Source of the DNA: an uncultured Candidatus Saccharibacteria bacterium
GTDB taxonomy: Bacteria > Patescibacteriota > Minisyncoccia > Phycocordibacterales > UBA918
NCBI GenBank assembly: GCA_964576905.1
Contig: CAZNWG010000003.1
Span: forward strand, 1-42,978
Direction of reading: 5' to 3'
Length of the DNA: 42,978 nucleotides
In this document: one piece after another, positions 36,528 through 42,978 of the stretch
Layout of the letters: each line of letters begins with the position of its first letter
Numbering within the stretch: the stretch's first letter is position 1
Made by a program: the position numbers and the translations under genes
The notes under the pieces: generated by a model
The model's database searches: none
What the model saw: the letters and a program-made list of their open reading frames with translations, nothing else
Told to the model about the DNA's origin: nothing

Positions 36528-39068
36528 CTATTTTGTTTGATTAAAAAACCGTCTCTCACCTATGCGCAAGAACGTGAGCCACACGAGTGTTGCGAAGACG
36601 ACCACACAGAGATACGGGAGATCTGCCACCTTGAGTGCAGTGACGTGGAAGAGCTTGGCAAGGGCGGGTACAAAGAGTACGGCAGAAAGGCAGGTGATGG
36701 CACCAATTGATACAGAGAGGAATACACGGTTGGGCGATGCAAATGATACTGCCTTCCTCTGCCAAGAAAGATTTGCTGTAATGAGTATGATATTTGTAAT
36801 AACGAGTGCACTAAAAGCGAACGCGCGTGCCTCTTGCTCACCATTTCCCGCAATCCAATAATAGAGTCCAAATATAATGCAGAGAATTCCAAATCCTTGG
36901 AGGATACTCATCACAATCATTCGTGCGGTGAACGGGCGGATGCGAATATTTCGGGGAGGTCGTTTCATGACATCTGGCGATGCTTTTTCCGCCTCAAATA
37001 CCATAGAGCACGCCGGATCAATGATGAGCTCTAAAAAGGCGATGTGTGCAGGGAAGAGCACAATAGGAGAACCACTTATAAGTGGTAGGACCGACATGCC
37101 AGCAATGGGGACATGCACCGCAATAATGTATCCAATTGCACGTGTGATGTTGTCATAGATACGCCTTCCTTGCTGTATTGCCTGTACAATCGAAGAGAAA
37201 TCATCATTGAGGAGAACCAGTGCAGACGCCTCGCGAGCAACGTCGGTCCCCCGTTCACCCATTGCAATACCAATGTGCGCTGACTTGAGTGCAGGAGCGT
37301 CGTTCACACCATCGCCGGTCATTGCGGTTACCTCACCGTTACCTTTTTTGAGTGCATTTACGATAAGGAGCTTTTGTTCGGGAAGCACTCGTGCAAATAC
37401 CTGCGTTGATTGTATGCGTTTGCGGAGTGTACTCGTATCCATCTGCGTTAAATCATTTCCGGTGAGGTACACATCGGGGTTTGTGATACCTATCTGACGC
37501 GCAATGCATGTCGCTGTTGCTGGATGGTCACCTGTTATCATAACTACTCGAATTCCGGCAGTCGTTGCTTCCTCAACTGCTTCTTTGACACCCTCACGGA
37601 TAGGATCCATAAATCCGAGCAAGCCGACAAATGCAAAATTGAATTCGTGTGGTGTTGTGGGGAGTTCATTCCCGCGATATGTTGCACGCGCTACACCAAG
37701 GACACGCATTCCTTTTTTTGACAGCTCACGCACACGGTGTTCAACTTCTCTCTGTGTGTTTCGATCAGCGTGACAGAGTGAGAGAACCGCCTCAGGAGCA
37801 CCCTTTGTCGCAATCGTGAGTGGATCGGTATCCCCATGTCGCCATACGCGTGTTATCGCGAGTAAATCTTTAGAAAGGGGATACTCACGGAGGAGTGTGT
37901 ACGTATTGAGTTCCACCGTGGTTTCTCTTTGTGTGTTTGTAACACGGAGCAGTTCTTTTTCTATAGGGTCATACGGCTCACGCTTGCTCGCAAACATTCC
38001 GTACGAGAGTAACGTTCGAATGTGCTCAGGAAATGGACGTGTCCCCCACGTACGTACATCGAAGAATGAGCTCTCGGTATAGAGTGTTGCGAGTTCGGTT
38101 TTGTTCATGGTAATGGTGCCCGTTTTGTCCGTGCAGAGTACCGTTGCCGCACCGAGTGTTTCTATTGCGGTCGACCTACGGGTGAGCACGTGGTGCTGTG
38201 AAATTCGCCACGCACCGAGTGTCAAAAATATGGTGAGCACGACAGGAAACTCTTCGGGGAGAATTGCCATACCGAGTGTGAGTCCAGCGAGTAAGCCATC
38301 CATGATGTTTCCCTGTCCGAAAGTGTATATAATGACTACAGAAACACACAGAATGACCCCAACGAACGCCATTCCGCGTACAAGACGAGCAATCTCTTTT
38401 TGAAGTGGACTTTCTTCGGGGACTATTTCTGTTACGCTTTTACCGATGATGCCAATTTCGGTATTGATGCCAGTATGAGTTACCTGTGCAATTCCTCTTC
38501 CGCTTACCACGAGGGAACCAGAGTATACAAAAGGGGACGAGGAGCCCCCGGGGCGTGCTTTTTCCATGATGCCATCCCATATTGTTTTTTCGACAGGGAC
38601 AGATTCACCGGTGAGTAGTGACTCATCTACAAAGAGGTGTTCCGAATGGAGTACGGATGCATCAGCGGGGATGCGATCACCTTCATGGAGCATGATAGTG
38701 TCGCCCCGTACCACCTCGCGTCCTGCAATTCGCTTTTGTGATCCATCACGGATGACGAGCGCACGGGGACTCGTGAGATCACGGAGTGCTTCAAGCGTTC
38801 GTTCCGTTTTTCGTTCTTGGTGAAAGGTGATTCCGACGACCCCAATGACAGCCACAAGCATCATGAGTGCGTCATTGAGGTCACCCATCAGTGTGTAGAT
38901 GAGTGCGCAAAAAAGGAGGATGAGGAGCATTGGTTCACTGAGCACCCGAAGCAGGATGCGGAACCCCCCATACTTTTTTTGTGTGGGAAGTTCATTGAAG
39001 CCCTCAGTACGAAGTACACGGCTAGCGTCTGCTTCGGTTAGACCAACAATTCCTGTGTCTTGATCCAT
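36528..39068 (-). CDS. Cation-transporting P-type ATPase (type II, Ca2+/Mg2+-like)
   Basis: The motifs TGES, DKTGTIT, MITGDH and TGDGVNDAPALK, with a ten-TM-like architecture. Confidence 0.9.
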   Translation of the reverse strand: MDQDTGIVGLTEADASRVLRTEGFNELPTQKKYGGFRILLRVLSEPMLLILLFCALIYTLMGDLNDALMMLVAVIGVVGITFHQERKTERTLEALRDLTSPRALVIRDGSQKRIAGREVVRGDTIMLHEGDRIPADASVLHSEHLFVDESLLTGESVPVEKTIWDGIMEKARPGGSSSPFVYSGSLVVSGRGIAQVTHTGINTEIGIIGKSVTEIVPEESPLQKEIARLVRGMAFVGVILCVSVVIIYTFGQGNIMDGLLAGLTLGMAILPEEFPVVLTIFLTLGAWRISQHHVLTRRSTAIETLGAATVLCTDKTGTITMNKTELATLYTESSFFDVRTWGTRPFPEHIRTLLSYGMFASKREPYDPIEKELLRVTNTQRETTVELNTYTLLREYPLSKDLLAITRVWRHGDTDPLTIATKGAPEAVLSLCHADRNTQREVEHRVRELSKKGMRVLGVARATYRGNELPTTPHEFNFAFVGLLGFMDPIREGVKEAVEEATTAGIRVVMITGDHPATATCIARQIGITNPDVYLTGNDLTQMDTSTLRKRIQSTQVFARVLPEQKLLIVNALKKGNGEVTAMTGDGVNDAPALKSAHIGIAMGERGTDVAREASALVLLNDDFSSIVQAIQQGRRIYDNITRAIGYIIAVHVPIAGMSVLPLISGSPIVLFPAHIAFLELIIDPACSMVFEAEKASPDVMKRPPRNIRIRPFTARMIVMSILQGFGILCIIFGLYYWIAGNGEQEARAFAFSALVITNIILITANLSWQRKAVSFASPNRVFLSVSIGAITCLSAVLFVPALAKLFHVTALKVADLPYLCVVVFATLVWLTFLRIGERRFFNQTK

Positions 39069-39157
39069 AGGGCTATTGTAGCAGAGTCGAGCGTCATGTT
39101 TCTCACTAATACGTTGACTGTTGATACAAAATTTTGCGCGCGCGGTATACTGGTACC

Positions 39158-39748
39158 ATGCTTAAGCACAAAACACTCTCATGGCTCCTTGTGGGCTATG
39201 CCGTACTTTTTACCATCCTCGCATTTAATCCTGTCGATAGACCAACATGGTTTGTCGAAAATCTCACGGTGTGGATAATCCTTGCGGTGATACTCATTCT
39301 CTACGCGCGGGGTATTCGTTTTTCTTCAGTTGCGTACATACTCATGTTTGTGCTCGTGTACCTGCACACCATAGGCGGACACTACACCTTTGCGCTTGTG
39401 CCATTTGACTACGTCACCAATTTCTTTGACTTCGAGCGCAACCACTTCGACCGTATCGCACATTTCTCGGTCGGTTTCTACGCGTACCCCGTGGCCGAGT
39501 GGCTCTACACGAAACGCCTCGTCGCCAACAAATTCCTCCTCTTCACCTATCCCGTGTTTGTCATTGCGACTGTCGCAATGAGTTACGAACTCATAGAATG
39601 GATATATGCTGCACTCGCCAATCCAGAAGCGGGCATCGCGTATCTCGGAAGTCAGGGCGATATATGGGACGCGCAGAAAGACATGCTCGCGGATACGCTC
39701 GGCGCGCTCATCGCGACAACTGCATATGTGTGGCACAAACGTATGTAG
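39158..39748 (+). CDS. DUF2238 (YjdF-like) inner membrane protein
   Basis: A multi-TM protein with YLHTIGGHYTF..VPF and a conserved GSQGDIWDAQKDM block, which I recall from the YjdF family. I trimmed the start to the ATG at 39158. Confidence 0.65.
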   Translation: MLKHKTLSWLLVGYAVLFTILAFNPVDRPTWFVENLTVWIILAVILILYARGIRFSSVAYILMFVLVYLHTIGGHYTFALVPFDYVTNFFDFERNHFDRIAHFSVGFYAYPVAEWLYTKRLVANKFLLFTYPVFVIATVAMSYELIEWIYAALANPEAGIAYLGSQGDIWDAQKDMLADTLGALIATTAYVWHKRM

Positions 39749-39767
39749 ATAAAATAAAACAAACAAA

Positions 39768-39792
39768 ATGGACGACGTCCGACGTCGTCCAT
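39768..39792. repeat. Variant REP-like palindrome (ATGGACGACGTCCGACGTCGTCCAT)
   Basis: It has the same terminal ATGGAC...GTCCAT and central TCCGA as the main family, but a different and longer inner stem. It directly abuts copy 5. Confidence 0.8.
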
Positions 39793-39823
39793 AAAAATAT
39801 GGACATCGGATGTCCATATTTTT
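39793..39823. repeat. REP-like palindromic element, copy 5 (core at 39799-39817)
   Basis: AAAAATATGGACATCGGATGTCCATATTTTT lies between convergent genes. Its central base orientation matches copy 1 and is opposite to copies 2-4. Confidence 0.9.
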
Positions 39824-39847
39824 ATTTGAGGCTGGGTGGTGGTGTAG

Positions 39848-40423
39848 TTAGAAGGGGAGAGAGAACGTCATTGAATTATCCTTTTCAGCGACCCAATTTG
39901 CGGTATTGAGTAAGACCTCACGTTTCTTTGTTCCGTCTTTGTAGAAAATTTTTTGATTTGCAAGGGCGTATTCGAAAAGCTCTTTCGTGACTTTCACATC
40001 TTGCTTGCAGTACTTCTTGATAGAGGCAATGTCGCCCTCACGCCACCATTTGATCGCCATGAGGCCATTACCCATTTTTTTTGCACCGATGGTCGCTTGT
40101 GCGACCGAGTCGAGTTTGAGGCGTTTGCCCAGAGATTCACGAATCGACGCCATGATGTCGATACTCTTTATTTTGGACAGATCGCCCGGATAGTATTTGT
40201 TGAGGAGTGGAATATCAAAATGGTCGCTATTGTACCCCACAAGTACGTCCGCCTGCTCAATGACGGGCCAGAGTTTGTTGAGCTCATCATGAGCCACGGT
40301 GGTATATGTATCGGTCTCTGAGTCATAGACGCACCCCACAGATATGGAAAGGTCACGGGGGTCATTGCTCTCAACATCAGCAAAGGTGTTCTGTGTTTCC
40401 AGATCAAAGACAACGTAGCGCAT
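39848..40423 (-). CDS. DEDDy-type 3'-5' exonuclease (RNase H-like fold)
   Basis: ExoI FDLET, ExoII GYNSDHFDIPLL and ExoIII YCKQDVKVT. Confidence 0.75.
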   Translation of the reverse strand: MRYVVFDLETQNTFADVESNDPRDLSISVGCVYDSETDTYTTVAHDELNKLWPVIEQADVLVGYNSDHFDIPLLNKYYPGDLSKIKSIDIMASIRESLGKRLKLDSVAQATIGAKKMGNGLMAIKWWREGDIASIKKYCKQDVKVTKELFEYALANQKIFYKDGTKKREVLLNTANWVAEKDNSMTFSLPF

Positions 40424-41694
40424 TATGATATGTGTTTAGCAATAGTTACGGGAAGCCCAGTGAATTCCTCTTTTGTTTTGAGGTTCTTGAGTGTGTAGGT
40501 GTGTTTTATGACCTCATCACCACCAAGGACGATGACGAACCCTGCGCCTTTGTCGCTCGCAGTACCTATCTTTTTTGCAAGTTTTTTGTCGGTGATATCG
40601 ACTGCTGTCCGAATACCGAGCGAACGAAACTCTGATGCAAGCGATTGTGCGCGTGTATGGTAGGCACCGTCTGTGGGGATGAGGATGAGCGTCGGTGCAG
40701 TGACGTGTATATCTGTGGGGAGGAGTTTGTGCGTTTCAAGAAAATCACGCATAACCACATCACCAACTCCAAACCCAACACCCGAGAGCGCATCACCACC
40801 AAAGAGCTGTGTGAGATTATCATACCGACCACCACCGAGGAGTGAGCGACTATTTTCGGATGAGGTGTCAAAGATTTCAAACACGGTGCCGGTGTAGTAG
40901 TCAAAGCCACGCGCAAGTGAGGCATCAAAAACGACATTGGTGATTTTGAGTTCTTTGAGTGCGTCAATAATTTTGGAAAGTTCGGTTTTTTCGCCGAGTG
41001 TATTGGGGTCTGTGGCGTTCAATCCTTCGATGAGTCGATCGGTATCGGGGACTATTGCACCGAGCATCATTTTAAACTCAGCACCGCTTACTTTCTTTCT
41101 GCGATCAACGATGCGGGTGACTGCACGAATCGAGTCACTATCGAGGTGAAAGGTATGTGCATACCACGACTCCATGAGCGCGCGGTCATTGATATGTATC
41201 TGGAATGTGTCAGGAGTTGCGCCGAATGAGGTGAGTACGCTGTGTGCGAGTGCAATACTCTCTACATCGGCAGAAATATCGTCGACGCCAAATATATCGC
41301 AGTTGAGTTGCCAGTGTTCACGGAGACGCCCACGCTGGGGACGTTCGTACCGAAAGAGGTTGGGGATTGCGTACCACCGTACGGGAAATGTGAGTTCACG
41401 TTTCCGCGCTGCTACCATACGCGCTACCGAGGGGGTCATTTCGGGACGGAGAGTCACCTCGCGTTCGCCACGGTCGGTAAAGGTGTACGTCTGTTCATTC
41501 ACCATCTCCTCATTCTCGGCACCTTTGCTCTTGTAGAGTTCAGAAGGTTCGAGAATAGAAGCATCGTATCGCTCATAGCCAAAGAGCTCTGCGCTCTTGC
41601 TCCACGTATCGAAGATGTAACGCTGTATCGCCATATCTTCCGGGTAAAAGTCGCGCGTTCCCTTGTACGGGTCTGTATGCAATTTCTTAATCAT
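40423..41694 (-). CDS. hisS: Histidine--tRNA ligase
   Basis: Class II aaRS motifs in a HisRS layout (YKGTRDFYPE, LRPEMTPSVARM, FRYERPQRGRLREHWQ, GGGRYDNL) plus an anticodon-binding C-terminus. Confidence 0.93.
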   Translation of the reverse strand: MIKKLHTDPYKGTRDFYPEDMAIQRYIFDTWSKSAELFGYERYDASILEPSELYKSKGAENEEMVNEQTYTFTDRGEREVTLRPEMTPSVARMVAARKRELTFPVRWYAIPNLFRYERPQRGRLREHWQLNCDIFGVDDISADVESIALAHSVLTSFGATPDTFQIHINDRALMESWYAHTFHLDSDSIRAVTRIVDRRKKVSGAEFKMMLGAIVPDTDRLIEGLNATDPNTLGEKTELSKIIDALKELKITNVVFDASLARGFDYYTGTVFEIFDTSSENSRSLLGGGRYDNLTQLFGGDALSGVGFGVGDVVMRDFLETHKLLPTDIHVTAPTLILIPTDGAYHTRAQSLASEFRSLGIRTAVDITDKKLAKKIGTASDKGAGFVIVLGGDEVIKHTYTLKNLKTKEEFTGLPVTIAKHIS

Positions 41695-41738
41695 TATGGA
41701 TTGATTGTATGTGAAAGAGGGTACGAAAACAAGCTGGA

Positions 41739-42290
41739 CTACACCTCGCTGTGTGGCTGTGATTGAGGGCTGTAGATGAGTTTACCGGTTGCCTGCAGTA
41801 TGGTGGATTTTATTGCGGAAGGGTTCGGCATGCCGGTAACAAGAAATTTCTCTTCTTCACCGGCGGTTTGGATTTCGAGCGTGCCATAGTCAAGGAAGGT
41901 TGCGATAATGCCATGGATGTCTACCGTGATGTCTTGCATGCGCTCAAGACGGAAACTTGCGATAGTGCGTGAGAAAAAACCATGCTGATCTACGGCAATG
42001 AGTCGCTTGTCGGTCACTGTCCAGACGTCGAGGTAGTAGTTGGTCCATATGTTGAAGAGTGCCATCCACTGGAGGATGAGCCAGCACGTATAGAGAGCAA
42101 TCGCAAATGGACCGTTCAGAGGAACGAGTGCAGAGAGGGTTTCACTCATGGATGTGAAAACATAAAAGGGGATAGGGAGAAGTGCGAGTATGAGTATCGA
42201 GAGCACCTGTACACACAACACAAACCAGTGTTTACGGACCTGAAGGAGTATCGTTTCGTTTTCTTCGAGTGTGAGACTTTCTAATTTCAT
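41739..42290 (-). CDS. Membrane protein with a bacterial PH (YdbS/YdbT-like, DUF304) domain
   Basis: An N-terminal region (ILLQVRKHWFVL), two TM helices, then a PH-like region (YYLDVWTVTDKRL...GTLEIQTAG). Confidence 0.65.
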   Translation of the reverse strand: MKLESLTLEENETILLQVRKHWFVLCVQVLSILILALLPIPFYVFTSMSETLSALVPLNGPFAIALYTCWLILQWMALFNIWTNYYLDVWTVTDKRLIAVDQHGFFSRTIASFRLERMQDITVDIHGIIATFLDYGTLEIQTAGEEEKFLVTGMPNPSAIKSTILQATGKLIYSPQSQPHSEV

Positions 42291-42499
42291 AGTGTATTGA
42301 GAGCAAGTGAGAGAGTAAGGAAAAGTATGGCACCACCGACGAGATACGTCGCGAGTGCTACGAGTGACATTTCACGACTAGTGCCGTACTTGAACCAATG
42401 GTACGCAAGGAAACACCCATGAATGGTAAAGAAGAGGAGGAGTACAAAAAAGAGTCCTTCGGTGCCAATAAACATGTATGACGCAAGGGAATTTTCCAT
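42287..42499 (-). CDS. Small hydrophobic protein (70 aa, two predicted TM helices)
   Basis: The ORF's start and stop overlap the neighbouring genes (ATGA-type coupling), and it has two clear hydrophobic stretches. Confidence 0.5.
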   Translation of the reverse strand: MENSLASYMFIGTEGLFFVLLLFFTIHGCFLAYHWFKYGTSREMSLVALATYLVGGAILFLTLSLALNTL

Positions 42500-42966
42500 T
42501 ACGGTAATTTTTGCACATCCTGAGGAGTTTTGCGAGTTATGACTGTGTACCGTGGTACTCCGTATTGGTCAGGAAATGTCTCTGATAGGTACCCATGAGT
42601 GGAAGCGGTGTGCGAGATGTGTGCGACATGCTCTGGTTCATGCTCAAGATACAGAACACCTGTTGGTGAAAGGAAGGGGGACATATCAGTAATGATCTGT
42701 GTGATGATATGGGTACCCTCTTCGCCACCATAGAGTGCGAGGGCGGGCTCATATCGTGCCACCTCGGGCGCTACGCGCCCGAGGGTTTTGTCTATATAGG
42801 GTGGATTACTCAGAATGTAGTCGTACGTATCCGTGAGTTCGGTAAAAAGTGTGCCACCAAAAATACGGGTACGACTGGGGTCGATGTCATTCTCGACAAT
42901 GTTTTTGTGGATAGTCGGGTGGAGGCGCGGGGGGGGTTTGGAAGAAAAAACAAAACCCCAACACAA
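42499..42966 (-). CDS. prmC: Release-factor glutamine N5-methyltransferase (PrmC/HemK family), C-terminal part only
   Basis: SNPPYI motif followed by EPALALYGGEEG. The SAM-binding N-terminal part is missing. The reading frame stays open to the window edge through low-complexity sequence. Confidence 0.7.
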   Translation of the reverse strand: MCWGFVFSSKPPPRLHPTIHKNIVENDIDPSRTRIFGGTLFTELTDTYDYILSNPPYIDKTLGRVAPEVARYEPALALYGGEEGTHIITQIITDMSPFLSPTGVLYLEHEPEHVAHISHTASTHGYLSETFPDQYGVPRYTVITRKTPQDVQKLP

Positions 42967-42978
42967 AAAAAAAGAAAA

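Noticed and set aside
1-42978. CRISPR arrays, rRNA genes, tRNA genes, integrase or recombinase genes other than the HUH transposase, and classic defence genes (restriction-modification, Cas, Abi with known motifs).
   Set aside because: I saw no regularly spaced direct repeats, no rRNA- or tRNA-like conserved blocks, and no tyrosine- or serine-recombinase, Cas or methyltransferase-endonuclease motifs in any of the supplied translations. The one exception is the housekeeping PrmC fragment.

Overview
This 43-kb window is mostly housekeeping genes from a compact bacterial genome. The gene content and style look like Patescibacteria/CPR, but that is an inference, not a proven assignment. The recognisable core genes are dnaE, rnhB, rpmF, nusB, rnc, smc, rnr, rpsP, a KH-domain protein, trmD, rpoB-rpoC, dnaG-rpoD, hisS and a partial prmC. 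A membrane and ion-homeostasis block follows: a NhaP-type antiporter, a CBS protein, a DsbA-like protein, uppP, a P-type ATPase and DUF2238. Four things do not fit the housekeeping picture. (1) A 754-bp AT-rich insertion sits in the 3' end of rpoD, flanked by 86-bp direct repeats. Both repeats encode the same sigma-70 C-terminus and differ only at synonymous positions. The insertion carries an overlapping two-gene cassette: a 72-aa protein and a DUF2335-like two-TM membrane protein. (2) A RayT/IS200-like HUH tyrosine transposase gene is accompanied by a dispersed family of near-perfect palindromes (core ATGGACATCSGATGTCCAT). One copy lies in frame inside the transposase gene, and others sit right after the stop codons of dnaE, rpoD and the transposase gene. 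(3) A structured non-coding region of about 245 nt lies between the KH-protein gene and a Nudix gene. It has nested long-range helices and ends at a very strong terminator. (4) Several core proteins have unusual architectures: a NusB-Nudix fusion with a degenerate Nudix box, a short SMC with no recognisable hinge, RpoD with a Lys/Ala-rich basic N-terminus, and a thymidylate-kinase-like protein with degenerate catalytic motifs. No CRISPR array, rRNA or convincing tRNA was seen. All homology calls come from motif recognition by eye in the supplied translations; no database search was run.
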